A DNA stretch of 64,000 nucleotides from Actinomycetota bacterium (GTDB lineage Bacteria; Actinomycetota; UBA4738; JACQTL01): positions 30,317 through 94,316 of the forward strand of contig JBHELK010000057.1 of NCBI GenBank assembly GCA_046263085.1, in the 5' to 3' direction. Position 1 is the first letter of the stretch. Every line of letters starts with the position of its first letter. Positions 53,719 to 63,144 of this stretch are shown here, one piece after another. Made by a program: the position numbers and the translations under genes. The notes under the pieces are model-generated. The model saw only the letters and a list, made by a program, of their open reading frames with translations. It had not been told where the DNA came from and made no database searches.

Positions 53719-54978
53719 ATGAACCAGGAGATGATGGACGCGCTGCGGCTCCTCGAGCGGGAGAAGGGCATCCCGTTCTCGACGCTGCTCGACGGCCTGG
53801 CCGAGGCCATGGCCTCCGCGTACAAGTCCTGGCGCCGCCAGCAGGATCCCGATCTCGACGAGGAGACCTTCGGCGTCCGCGCGGTCATGGATCCCGACAC
53901 CGGCGACATCCGCGTGTGGGAGCAGGAGCTCGAGATCGACGACGAGGAGGGAACCCCCTCGGTCGTCTCCGAGAAGGAGGTCCCGGTCACCGACGACTTC
54001 AAGGGGCGCATCGGCGCGCAGACCGCGAAGCAGGTGATCTACCAGAAGCTCCGCGACGCGGAGCGAGACATGACCTACGAGGAGTTCGCGGGGCGCGAGG
54101 GCGACATCGTCACCGGCATCATCCAGCAGGACCAGCGCCGCTACACGCTGCTGGACCTGGGGAAGGTCGAGGCCCTGCTGCCGCAGGTGGAGCAGGTGCC
54201 GAGCGAGCCGTACCGCAACGGCGAGCGACTGAAGGCCTACATCGCCGAGGTTCGCAAGACCACGAAGGGCCCGCAGATCGTGGTGTCCAGGACCCACCCC
54301 GGCCTGTTGAAGAAGCTGTTCGAGCTGGAGGTGCCGGAGATCGAGGAGGGCGTGGTCGAGATCAAGGCCGTCGCCCGCGAGCCCGGCCATCGCTCGAAGA
54401 TCGCCGTGTCGTCCAACGAGCCGGGCGTCGACCCCGTGGGCGCATGCGTGGGCGCGAAGGGCTCCCGCGTGCGCATGGTCGTGAACGAGCTCCGCGGCGA
54501 GAAGATCGACGTGGTGCCGTGGAGCGCCGATCCCGCCACCTACGTGGCCAACGCGCTGCAGCCGGCGAAGGTCAAGGAGGTCCGCATCGACACCAACACG
54601 CAGACGGCGTCGGTCATCGTCCCCGACTACCAGCTGTCGCTCGCGATCGGCAAGGAGGGGCAGAACGCGCGGCTCGCGGCGCGGCTGACGGGCTGGCGTA
54701 TCGACATCAAGAGCGAGACGCAGTTCGCCGACGAGCAGCGCGGCGGCCCCGCCCCCACGCCGGTCACGCCGGAGGCCACGGAGGCGGCCACGCCCGACGC
54801 CGCGCCCGAGATGGCGGCCGAGGCCGGGGGCCCGACCACGGAGCCCCAGCCCGCGCCGACCGGCGACGCCGAGGCCGGCGAGCCCGTCGCCGAGGCCGTC
54901 CCTGCGGCGGAAGCCGAGGAGACTGCGGGGGAGCCCGTACCTGCGGCGGAAGCCGAGGAGGCGTCGGCAGGAGCCTGA
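53719..54978 (+). CDS. nusA: Transcription termination/antitermination factor NusA with an acidic Ala/Pro/Glu-rich tail
   Basis: ORF 53719..54978. S1 domain and two KH domains (GACVGAKGSRV, SLAIGKEGQNARLAARLTGWRIDI). Confidence 0.95.
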   Translation: MNQEMMDALRLLEREKGIPFSTLLDGLAEAMASAYKSWRRQQDPDLDEETFGVRAVMDPDTGDIRVWEQELEIDDEEGTPSVVSEKEVPVTDDFKGRIGAQTAKQVIYQKLRDAERDMTYEEFAGREGDIVTGIIQQDQRRYTLLDLGKVEALLPQVEQVPSEPYRNGERLKAYIAEVRKTTKGPQIVVSRTHPGLLKKLFELEVPEIEEGVVEIKAVAREPGHRSKIAVSSNEPGVDPVGACVGAKGSRVRMVVNELRGEKIDVVPWSADPATYVANALQPAKVKEVRIDTNTQTASVIVPDYQLSLAIGKEGQNARLAARLTGWRIDIKSETQFADEQRGGPAPTPVTPEATEAATPDAAPEMAAEAGGPTTEPQPAPTGDAEAGEPVAEAVPAAEAEETAGEPVPAAEAEEASAGA

Positions 54979-54991
54979 GGCGGGCCCACCC

Positions 54992-55267
54992 GTGGCAGCG
55001 CAGGGTTCCGGTCCCGAGCGAACCTGTGTGGCCTGCCGCGAGGCGGCGCCCCAGCGCGACCTCGTGCGCTTCGTTCGCGGCGGGGAGACGGTCGTCCCGG
55101 ATCCGCGCGGCTCGATGCCGGGGCGCGGCGCCTATCTGCACCGCGACCCGAGGTGCGTCGAGATCGGCGTGACGCGTGGTGTGCTGGCCCGCGCGCTGCG
55201 AAGCTCCATACCGGAGGACGAAGTGAGTAACCTAATGAAGCTCATCGAAGCGACGGAGGCGGAATGA
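54992..55267 (+). CDS. ylxR: YlxR/DUF448-family RNA-binding protein
   Basis: ORF 54992..55267. ERTCVACRE...LVRFV...GRGAYLH. Stop overlaps the infB ATG. Confidence 0.8.
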   Translation: MAAQGSGPERTCVACREAAPQRDLVRFVRGGETVVPDPRGSMPGRGAYLHRDPRCVEIGVTRGVLARALRSSIPEDEVSNLMKLIEATEAE

Positions 55268-57357
55268 GGGTTCACGAGCTCGCCAAGGAGCTCGGCGTCA
55301 AGAGCAAGGATCTCCTGGACGCCCTGGAGGCCATGGGGTACTCGGGCCGGACGGCGTCGTCGTCCGTGCCCGACGAGAGCGTGGCCCGGCTCCGTGCGTC
55401 CGGTGGCAAGGCCGTGCCGGGCGCGAAGCCGAAGCAGGTCGAGGTGGAGCAGCTCCCGGCCAAGCGCCCACCCAAGGAGGCCCCGGCGGCCGAACCGCCT
55501 CCGGCGGCGGCCGCGGAGGGCAACGGCCAGGCCGCGGTGGCGGAGGTCGCGCCGGTGCCGGAGCCCGCACCGGTGCCCGAGCCGGTTCCGACCGGGCCGT
55601 CGCTTCCGATGCTGAGGATCGCGCGGGGCTCCACGCCGCAGGACATCGCGGCCAAGATCTCCAGCACACCCGTGGAGGTCGTGAAGGCCCTCATCGGGAT
55701 GGGCGAGATGGTCACCGCCACGCATTCCCTCCCCGACGACGTGATCGATCTCCTGGCAGCCGAGCTCGGCTACCAGGCCGAGATCGTCGGCGTCGAGGAA
55801 GAGGAGGAGGCGGGCGAGGAAGAGGAGGTCGTCGACGAGTCGAAGCTGCAGCTGCGGCCCCCGGTGGTCACGGTCATGGGCCACGTCGACCACGGCAAGA
55901 CGCTCCTGCTCGACGCCATCCGCCGCGCCGACGTCGTCTCGCAGGAGTTCGGCGGGATCACCCAGCACATCGGGGCGTACCAGATCCACCGCGACACCCA
56001 CGCCATCACATTCATCGACACGCCGGGCCACGAGGCGTTCACCGCCATGCGGGCCCGCGGCGCCGGCGTCACGGACATCGTCGTGCTCGTCGTCGCCGCG
56101 GACGACGGCGTGATGCCCCAGACCGTCGAGGCGCTGAACCACGCCAAGGCTGCCGGGGTGCCGATCGTCGTCGCCGTGAACAAGGTGGACAAGCCCGAGG
56201 CCGACCCGAGCAGGGTCCGGACGCAGCTCGTCGAGCACGGCGTGGTCCCGACGGCGTTCGGCGGCGACTACGAGTTCATCGACGTCTCCGCCAAGACCCG
56301 TCTGGGGCTCGAGGATCTCCTCGAGACCATCCTGCTCACGGCAGAGATCGGGGAGCTGAAGGCCAACCCCGACGGTCCGGCCCGCGGCATCACGCTCGAG
56401 GCGCACCTCGACAAGGGGCGGGGGCCGGTGGCGACCGTGCTCGTGGAGCGCGGCACGCTGCGCGTTGGCGACGCCGTGGTCTGCGGGCTCATCCACGGCA
56501 AGGTCCGGGCCATGATGGACGAGCACGGGCAGAACGTCGAAGAGGCGCCGCCCGCGAAGCCCGTGCAGGTCCTGGGCTGGTCGGGCGTCCCCAACGCCGG
56601 GGACGAGGTGCGGGTCGTGTCCGACGAACGTGAGGCGCGCCACGTCTCCCAGGAGCGCGAGGCCAAGACGCGCGCGGCAGAGCTCGTCGCTTCCCGTCCG
56701 CCGACCCTGTCGGAGTTCATCGCCATGACCCGCGAGGGCGACGTGGCGGAGCTGAACCTCGTGGTGAAGGCAGACGTGCAGGGCTCCCTGGAGGCGCTCA
56801 TCGACGCGTTCGAGAAGCTGCCGCAGGAGGAGGTCCGGACCCGGGTCATCCACCGCGGCGCCGGGGCCATCACCGAGAACGACATCTCGCTGGCCATGGC
56901 GTCGAGAGCCGTGGTCATCGGCTTCAACGTCCGGCCCACGGCTGCCGCCACCGAGATGGCCGAGAAGGAGCACGTGGACGTCCGGCTGTACCGGGTGATC
57001 TACGAGGCCATCGACGACATCCGCGCGGCGCTCTCGGGGATGCTCTCGCCGGAAGAGCGGGTCCGCGAGCTGGGCACCGCCGAGGTCCGGGCGCTGTTCC
57101 GGGTTCCGCGGGCCGGGGTCATCGCCGGTTGCTACGTCACCCGGGGCACGATCGCCCGCAACGCTCGCGCCCGGCTGGTTCGCGACGGCGTCATCGTGTG
57201 GGAGGGGGCGATCGCCTCGCTGCGCCGGTTCAAGGACGACGTCCGGGAGGTGGCGGAGGGCTTCGAGTGTGGCATCGGGCTCGAGGGATTCAACGACGTC
57301 AAGGAGGGCGACCTGATCGAGACGTTCCAGGTCGAGGAGATCGCCCGGTCGCTGTAG
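55264..57357 (+). CDS. infB: Translation initiation factor IF-2
   Basis: ORF 55264..57357. [26 protein letters not shown] GTPase motifs, Pro/Ala-rich N-domain. Confidence 0.95.
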   Translation: MRVHELAKELGVKSKDLLDALEAMGYSGRTASSSVPDESVARLRASGGKAVPGAKPKQVEVEQLPAKRPPKEAPAAEPPPAAAAEGNGQAAVAEVAPVPEPAPVPEPVPTGPSLPMLRIARGSTPQDIAAKISSTPVEVVKALIGMGEMVTATHSLPDDVIDLLAAELGYQAEIVGVEEEEEAGEEEEVVDESKLQLRPPVVTVMGHVDHGKTLLLDAIRRADVVSQEFGGITQHIGAYQIHRDTHAITFIDTPGHEAFTAMRARGAGVTDIVVLVVAADDGVMPQTVEALNHAKAAGVPIVVAVNKVDKPEADPSRVRTQLVEHGVVPTAFGGDYEFIDVSAKTRLGLEDLLETILLTAEIGELKANPDGPARGITLEAHLDKGRGPVATVLVERGTLRVGDAVVCGLIHGKVRAMMDEHGQNVEEAPPAKPVQVLGWSGVPNAGDEVRVVSDEREARHVSQEREAKTRAAELVASRPPTLSEFIAMTREGDVAELNLVVKADVQGSLEALIDAFEKLPQEEVRTRVIHRGAGAITENDISLAMASRAVVIGFNVRPTAAATEMAEKEHVDVRLYRVIYEAIDDIRAALSGMLSPEERVRELGTAEVRALFRVPRAGVIAGCYVTRGTIARNARARLVRDGVIVWEGAIASLRRFKDDVREVAEGFECGIGLEGFNDVKEGDLIETFQVEEIARSL

Positions 57358-57386
57358 GGCGGGGCTTGTCCCCGCCGGCCTGATCG

Positions 57387-57680
57387 ATGCTTGTCGGCCT
57401 CGAACGCTTCGACCTGCGCATCCCCGGATGCGGATCGCTGAAGGAGAAGCGCCACGTGGTGAAGGGGCTCACGGCGGGGATCCGCCAGAAGTTCAACGTG
57501 TCGGTGGCCGAGGTCGACCATCACGATCTGTGGCAGCGAACGACGGTCGCGGTGTCGGCGGTGTCCGGCGAGGCGTACCAGGTGCGGAAGATCCTGCAGC
57601 AGGTCGAGAGGTACATCGCGACCTGGCCGAGCCTCGAGTTCATCGACAGCGAGGTCACCCTGCACTATCCGGAGGACTGA
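57387..57680 (+). CDS. DUF503-family protein
   Basis: ORF 57387..57680. LRIPGCGSLKEKRHVVKGL...VAEVDHHDLWQR. Conserved infB-DUF503-rbfA position. Confidence 0.8.
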   Translation: MLVGLERFDLRIPGCGSLKEKRHVVKGLTAGIRQKFNVSVAEVDHHDLWQRTTVAVSAVSGEAYQVRKILQQVERYIATWPSLEFIDSEVTLHYPED

Positions 57681-57685
57681 TATCG

Positions 57686-58063
57686 ATGAGCGAGCGGATG
57701 GAGCGGGTGAACGAGGAGGTTCGTGAGATCCTCGCAGTGGAGGTCCAGCGCCTGAAGGACCCGCGGCTCGGGTTCGTCACCGTGACGGCGGTGCGAGTGA
57801 CGCCGGATCTGCGGATGGCCCGGGTGTTCTACACGGTCCTGGGCGAGGAGCGCGACCACAAGGCCACCCGGGCGGCGCTACGGTCGGCGCGGTCGCGGCT
57901 GCGGGCCGTGCTCGGGCGCCAGATCAGGACGAAGGTGACGCCCGAGCTCGAGTTCCAGGAGGACGTGGCGGCCGATCGGGGCCACCGGATCGAGGAGATC
58001 ATCGCCGGGCTGCACGATCGAGGTGAGTTGAGGGATGACGGAGCAACTGAAGAGAGCGGCTGA
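57686..58063 (+). CDS. rbfA: Ribosome-binding factor A
   Basis: ATG 57686 in frame with ORF 57428..58063. RVNEEVREILA...DPRLGFVTVTAVRVTPDLRMARVFY. Confidence 0.9.
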   Translation: MSERMERVNEEVREILAVEVQRLKDPRLGFVTVTAVRVTPDLRMARVFYTVLGEERDHKATRAALRSARSRLRAVLGRQIRTKVTPELEFQEDVAADRGHRIEEIIAGLHDRGELRDDGATEESG

Positions 58064-59021
58064 GGTCCTCGACGCGGCGTCGGACGTCGCGCTGGCCTGC
58101 CACATCAATCCCGACCCCGACGCGCTCGGGTCGATGCTCGGCCTGGCCACCTTCCTGCGGACGCGGGACAAGAAGGTCGTGGCCTCGTTCGGCAACTCCC
58201 CGTTCGAGCCCCCCCGGTGGCTGGAGGCGCTGGAGGGCGCCGACGTGCTCGTGCCGCCGGAGAGGTTCCCGAAGGCCCCCGAGGTGATGGTCACGCTGGA
58301 CTGCGCGTCCCTCGACCGGCTCGGGTCGCTCGTCGGTCCGTCCCAGAAGGCCAAGGAGCTCGTGTGGATCGACCATCACGTGTCGAACGACGGGCTCGGC
58401 ACTGTGCCGCTCATCGACCCCAAGGCCTCCTCGACCGCCGAGATGGTGTTCCGCCTCATGCGGTGCATGGGCGGGGACATCCCCGCGAGCGCTGCTGCCT
58501 GTCTGTATGCCGGCGTCGTCACCGATACCGGTCGGTTCCAGTACGAGGCGACGTCGCCGGAGACGCTGCGGCTCGCGGCCGAGCTGCGCACGCTCGACTT
58601 CGACCACGCGCGACTGGCGCAGGCGCTGTTCGAGGACAACTCGATGTCGTACCTGCGGGTGCTGGCCACGGCCCTGGGCCGGCTCCGGCTCGTCGAGGGC
58701 GCCGGCGGGGGCCTGGTCTGGACGTACCTCACGCAGGAGGATGTCGCGGAAGCCGGCATCTCGATGGCGGAGACGGATGACCTGATCGACGTGATCCGCT
58801 CGGCGCGCGAGGCCGACGTGGCCGCGGTGCTCAAGCAGCAGCGTGACGGCCGGTTCAAGGTCAGCATGCGATCGCGCGGCGGCCACGACGTCTCGAAGGT
58901 CGCCGCCGAGCGAGGCGGCGGTGGGCACCGGTTGGCCTCGGGGTACACGGCGAAGGGCTCCGTCGAGGACGCCGTTCGCGATCTCGAGTCCGGGCTCGAG
59001 ACCGCTCGCACCCCGGCGTGA
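58035..59021 (+). CDS. nrnA: DHH-family bifunctional oligoribonuclease / pAp phosphatase NrnA
   Basis: ORF 58035..59021. HINPDPDALGS, IDHH, DTGRFQY, GGGHRLASG (DHHA1). Confidence 0.8.
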   Translation: MTEQLKRAAEVLDAASDVALACHINPDPDALGSMLGLATFLRTRDKKVVASFGNSPFEPPRWLEALEGADVLVPPERFPKAPEVMVTLDCASLDRLGSLVGPSQKAKELVWIDHHVSNDGLGTVPLIDPKASSTAEMVFRLMRCMGGDIPASAAACLYAGVVTDTGRFQYEATSPETLRLAAELRTLDFDHARLAQALFEDNSMSYLRVLATALGRLRLVEGAGGGLVWTYLTQEDVAEAGISMAETDDLIDVIRSAREADVAAVLKQQRDGRFKVSMRSRGGHDVSKVAAERGGGGHRLASGYTAKGSVEDAVRDLESGLETARTPA

Positions 59022-59884
59022 CCTCGCCGCCCGAGGGCGTCGTCGTGGCCTTCAAGCCGAAGGGCATCACGTCCCACGACGTGGTCGACGGCGTCCGGCG
59101 ACTGCTCGGAACGAAGAAGGTCGGGCACGCCGGCACGCTCGATCCCATGGCCACGGGCGTGCTCGTCCTCGGCGTGGGCCGCGCCACCAGGTTGCTGCGT
59201 TACCTGTCGGGCCTCGACAAGGAGTACGAGGGCACCGCCGTGCTCGGCGTGGAGACCGACACCCTCGACGCGGAGGGGCAGGTGCTGCGCACGGCGCCGG
59301 TCGAGGTCTCCCGCGATCGGGTCGAGGAGGCCATGCGTGCGCTGACGGGCGAGATCGAGCAGGTGCCGCCGGCGTTCTCGGCGGTCAAGGTCGGGGGGCA
59401 GAAGCTGTACAAGGCGGCGCGCCGCGGCGAGGTGGTGGAGGCACCGCCGAGAACGGTGCGCGTCGAGCGCTTCGAGCTCACGAGGTTCGAGCCTCCCGAG
59501 GTCGACCTCCGGGTGGTGTGTTCGAGCGGGACATACATCCGGGTGCTCGTCGCCGACGTCGGCCGGGCCCTCGGATGCGGGGCACACCTCTCGCGGCTGA
59601 TCCGAACTCGAGTGGGGCCATTCGGGCTCGATCGCGCCGTGATGGTGAACCGGATCAAGAAGCCACTTCCGCTGGAGACCGCGGTGGCGCACCTGCCGTC
59701 GTTCGCGCTCGAGCATCCGGACGAGGCGCGAGCCGCCGGCAACGGCAGCTGTCTCGCCCCGGCCGCCATCGAGGGTCCCTACGCCCTGTTCGGCCCGGAC
59801 AAGCGGTTCATCGGCATCTGGCGTGACACCGGTGCGAAGTCCTGCCCCGAGATGGTGTTGGCCCCGGTGCCCGATGCCGGATGA
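59018..59884 (+). CDS. truB: tRNA pseudouridine(55) synthase
   Basis: ORF 59018..59884. KPKGITSHDVV, GHAGTLDPMATGVLVLGVG, PPAFSAVKV. Confidence 0.9.
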   Translation: MTSPPEGVVVAFKPKGITSHDVVDGVRRLLGTKKVGHAGTLDPMATGVLVLGVGRATRLLRYLSGLDKEYEGTAVLGVETDTLDAEGQVLRTAPVEVSRDRVEEAMRALTGEIEQVPPAFSAVKVGGQKLYKAARRGEVVEAPPRTVRVERFELTRFEPPEVDLRVVCSSGTYIRVLVADVGRALGCGAHLSRLIRTRVGPFGLDRAVMVNRIKKPLPLETAVAHLPSFALEHPDEARAAGNGSCLAPAAIEGPYALFGPDKRFIGIWRDTGAKSCPEMVLAPVPDAG

Positions 59885-59974
59885 GCGACAGCGGTCGTGG
59901 TCGGCGGGGCTACTTGGCCACTCGCGGAGACGCCCCGTCCGTGGCCACCGGGAATATGTGAAGCAAGGCCCGGC

Positions 59975-61312
59975 CTACGTGTGCTCGACCTCGCAGCGGT
60001 AGAAGTGGTCGCCGGGGTCGCCGACGCACACGTCGTGCGCGCCGAGGCCGCCGTCGATGCTGTCGTTGCCGCCGACGCCGTCGCGGGCGTCGATGAAGTC
60101 GTCGCCGTCCTCGCCGTCGAGCCGGTCCGATCCCGTACCGCCGACGATGCGGTCGGCCTCGAAGCTCCCGGTGATCAGGTCATCGCCCGCGCCGCCGTCG
60201 ATCGTGTCGCCCACGAAGGCCCGGATCCCGCCGCTGTTCACGTAGTCGTCGCCGCCCCCGCCGAAGATGATGTCGTGGCCGGTGCCGCCGAAGATCCAGT
60301 CCATCCCGTCCTCGCCGAACATCGTGTCACCACCATCCGAGTAGCAGATCAGGTCCGACCCGTCGGTGCCGTGCAGCACGTCGCGGTGATCGGTGCCGGA
60401 CACGGTGCACGCAGGCATGTACTCGGCATCCGTCGCGACGCCGGAGCCGGTGGCGAGCCGCTTCAACCCGCCCCCGTCGGACGACATCGAGTACACCTCG
60501 CCGTCGCTGTCGAAGATGATCCGCTCGCCGTCCGGCGAGAAGTTGGGGTTCAGGTCGGGGGACCCCGAGTGCTGCGAGAGCTGCCGCTCGTTGCTCCCGT
60601 TGCGATCCATGACCCACACGTCCCCATCCCGCTCGAACACGATCTGCCGGCTGTCCGGGCTCCAGTTCGGCGTGTGCCCGTCGGCGGTCAACCGCCGGAC
60701 GTCCTTGCCGAGCTGGGTCATCGAGTACACGCCGTAGGCGCCGTCGCGGTCGCTGACGAAGGCGATCGACGCGCCGTCCGGTGACCACGCCGGCTCGATG
60801 TCGTCGGCGCCGGGGGTCCGCGTCCGGTTCGCGGGGCGCTTCGACCGCAGCGTGGTGGTCCAGACATCCGCATCCGTGTGCCCCGAGCCGGACCAGCCGG
60901 CCCCCGAGTACGCGATGCGGCCGCCGCCCGGCGACCAGGACGGGTGGCGCTCGTCGAGGTCATCGGTGTTCGTGACCCGAAAGATCGTCTGGGCGCGTGG
61001 CGTCATCCAGTAGATGTCCCCGGGCGCGCCCGTGCCGGTGCGCTTCGCCCTCACGAACGCCACGTGCGGGCCCCCCTCCGGCGACCAGGTCGCCTCGGAC
61101 TCGTCGAACTCGTTGCCGCCGGTGACGTCGACCAGCCCGGATCCGTTCGGCTCGACCTCCCACACGTCGGTGCCGCCGTCGGGTCGCACGTGGGTGAACA
61201 GCACGGTGCCGTTGCCGCCGGTGGTCGCGGCATACGCGGCGGGAACGCTCGACGGCGGCGCGAGCGCGCCGAGGACGAGCGAAAGACAGATCAGGATGCG
61301 GTGGGGCCGCAC
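59975..61312 (-). CDS. Secreted TolB-like (PD40) beta-propeller protein with C-terminal RTX-type calcium-binding repeats
   Basis: ORF 59975..61312, GTG start with AGGAGAA SD. Signal peptide. PD40 blades (PSWSPGGGRIAY, PAWSPDGASIAF, PNWSPDSRQIVF, PNFSPDGERIIF). GGTGHDIIFGGGGDDYV, DGGAGDDLI, GGTGSDRLDGEDGDDFI. Confidence 0.75.
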   Translation of the reverse strand: MRPHRILICLSLVLGALAPPSSVPAAYAATTGGNGTVLFTHVRPDGGTDVWEVEPNGSGLVDVTGGNEFDESEATWSPEGGPHVAFVRAKRTGTGAPGDIYWMTPRAQTIFRVTNTDDLDERHPSWSPGGGRIAYSGAGWSGSGHTDADVWTTTLRSKRPANRTRTPGADDIEPAWSPDGASIAFVSDRDGAYGVYSMTQLGKDVRRLTADGHTPNWSPDSRQIVFERDGDVWVMDRNGSNERQLSQHSGSPDLNPNFSPDGERIIFDSDGEVYSMSSDGGGLKRLATGSGVATDAEYMPACTVSGTDHRDVLHGTDGSDLICYSDGGDTMFGEDGMDWIFGGTGHDIIFGGGGDDYVNSGGIRAFVGDTIDGGAGDDLITGSFEADRIVGGTGSDRLDGEDGDDFIDARDGVGGNDSIDGGLGAHDVCVGDPGDHFYRCEVEHT

Positions 61313-61393
61313 GGATTCTCCTACGAGTTGGACGGTTCGATTGCCTCGCAGGAGTTGTCGGCACGAACCGCCCCGCGATTTAGGGAGAACGGC

Positions 61394-63067
61394 CTACTGC
61401 GAAGAACGTGCCTCCGGCAAGCACGGCAGGGTCTTCATGATGTTCGACGGGAACACCGCGTCGAACACCCGGTCGTTCTCCTCGCCGGGCTGGATGATGG
61501 AGTCGGAGGCCGCGAGCTGCGACTTCGTCAGGCCGGCGATGTACTCGGAGAGCTGCCCGAGCGTGAACCCGTTCTGCTCGAGCTCCTCCACGTTCACGAA
61601 GATGTGCGTCGGTTGCAGGTTCTGGAGGACCGGGACCTGGTCGCTGTCGTGATCGAACACCCGGTTCACGTACCCCTTCAACGCGGCGGTGGAGCCTCGG
61701 AACGCCCGCGTGACCTCGGGGTTCGGCATGTCGCCGTGGTCCGCGGTCACGGCCATCACCCATCTGCCCTTGCCGACCTGCTCGTTCAGGAACCGGATGA
61801 GCTCGGGAAGGGCCTGGTCGCTCGCAACCACGGAATCTCGCATCTCCAGGCTGTTCATCGTCCAGATGTGGCTGACCTCGTCGATCAGCTTGTAGTTCGT
61901 GAAGAACAGGTCGGGCAGCTCGTCCTGTCCGAAGCCCTCACGCTTGATGACCTCTTCGATGGCGGCGGTCTGATACGGGATGCGCTCGGGGGTGTTGAAT
62001 CCCGCGCCCTGCTTCGAGATCTCGAGACCTCGCCACTTCCCGTCGACGTGGCCGTCGATGGCGTCGGCGTAGTGCGCGTACGTCGAGAGCCCCGGGAGGC
62101 TGTTGAGGTACGTCGGGAACTCGTAGAACTGGTCCAGAGGGGCGGGGAGGCTCCAATCCGGACCACCGAACTGGTGAAGGGAGACGATGTCGGCGTCCGC
62201 GCCATCGAGATAGTTCCCGTGGCCGATCATCCCGAGGTGCCACGGGCTCGAAGCCACCATCCCGATCTTCGGAAGATTGCCGTTGGCCTTGTCGTACATG
62301 TCGGCGACGGTCGGCAGCATGAGGAGGTTCGGGCCATTGGCGAACGGGAACTGGATGTGGCTGCCGACCCGCACGTGGTTCCCGACGATCCCGTGCCGGT
62401 TGGGGAAGGCCCCCGTACCGAGCATCGGGTGGTCCTGCGCGGTGCTGGTCGGTGCCGATCCGACCGTCGCCTTGCGATAGGACGTTCCCCTGCTCATCAG
62501 AGACTTGAGGTTCGGCCACGAATCCGGCCACTGGTTGAGGACGTCCCAACCCGAGCCGTCCCAGACCACCGTCACGATCACCCTGGGCGGGACGACTCGC
62601 TTCGCGGCCGGCACCAGCGCATCGGAGAGCACACGGCCGTCGGGGAACTGGTGATCGAAGTGCAGCAGGGCGGCCGTGGTGGGAGCCCAGTCGGCGAGCG
62701 TCACGTCACGGCCCAGCTGTCCCGCATTCCGGACGTAGCCCGGGCCGTACAGCGCAAGAGGAACGTTCTCCAGATAGTTCCACGGGCCGACGTGCGGATA
62801 TCCCGCTCCCATGTAGTCCGGGGGGTGGGGCAGCATGATGATGTCGGGGCTCCGACCCGGGTAGTAGCCGCGCCACTCACGCAGGAGCTGCACGTGGGGC
62901 AGGCCGCAGGCCACCGACTGCAGCGCGCTGGCCTTGGGCGGCGGGGGCGCGTCGGTCGGCGCGGCGTCCCTTGCCCCGGCGCCCGACGTGCACGCGGCGG
63001 CCACGACGGCAAGGATCGCGGCGAGCGCGGAGAGGGGGCGACGAGCGGGGATCACCAACGTAGGCAA
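61394..63067 (-). CDS. Alkaline-phosphatase-superfamily nucleotide pyrophosphatase/phosphodiesterase (NPP type), probable lipoprotein
   Basis: ORF 61394..63067 (TTG; alternative GTG 4 codons in). Signal ending AVVAAAC. VVWDGSGWD, APTSTAQDHPMLGTGAFPNRHGIVGN, VTADHGDMP. Confidence 0.75.
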   Translation of the reverse strand: MPTLVIPARRPLSALAAILAVVAAACTSGAGARDAAPTDAPPPPKASALQSVACGLPHVQLLREWRGYYPGRSPDIIMLPHPPDYMGAGYPHVGPWNYLENVPLALYGPGYVRNAGQLGRDVTLADWAPTTAALLHFDHQFPDGRVLSDALVPAAKRVVPPRVIVTVVWDGSGWDVLNQWPDSWPNLKSLMSRGTSYRKATVGSAPTSTAQDHPMLGTGAFPNRHGIVGNHVRVGSHIQFPFANGPNLLMLPTVADMYDKANGNLPKIGMVASSPWHLGMIGHGNYLDGADADIVSLHQFGGPDWSLPAPLDQFYEFPTYLNSLPGLSTYAHYADAIDGHVDGKWRGLEISKQGAGFNTPERIPYQTAAIEEVIKREGFGQDELPDLFFTNYKLIDEVSHIWTMNSLEMRDSVVASDQALPELIRFLNEQVGKGRWVMAVTADHGDMPNPEVTRAFRGSTAALKGYVNRVFDHDSDQVPVLQNLQPTHIFVNVEELEQNGFTLGQLSEYIAGLTKSQLAASDSIIQPGEENDRVFDAVFPSNIMKTLPCLPEARSSQ

Positions 63068-63144
63068 TCACGCCGTCGACGGTCTTACAACCCGACTCCA
63101 CATCCCCGGTGTGCCCGCACCTTTCCGGTACGCTCACCGCTCCG

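Noticed and set aside
53014-54390. Upstream 459 codons of the 1256-aa ORF 50620..54390
   Set aside because: This part is antisense to rimP and nusA and has junk composition. The real BNR protein starts at ATG 53013, with an SD and a signal peptide.
55132-56973. 613-aa minus-strand ORF
   Set aside because: It is antisense to infB, which carries clear GTPase motifs. The translation is low-complexity and Arg/Gly/Asp-rich.
59975-60400. RTX repeats as evidence for an RTX toxin / type I secretion locus
   Set aside because: The protein has an N-terminal Sec signal. There is no ABC exporter, membrane fusion protein or acyltransferase gene nearby. The repeats were interpreted as a calcium-binding beta-roll module only.
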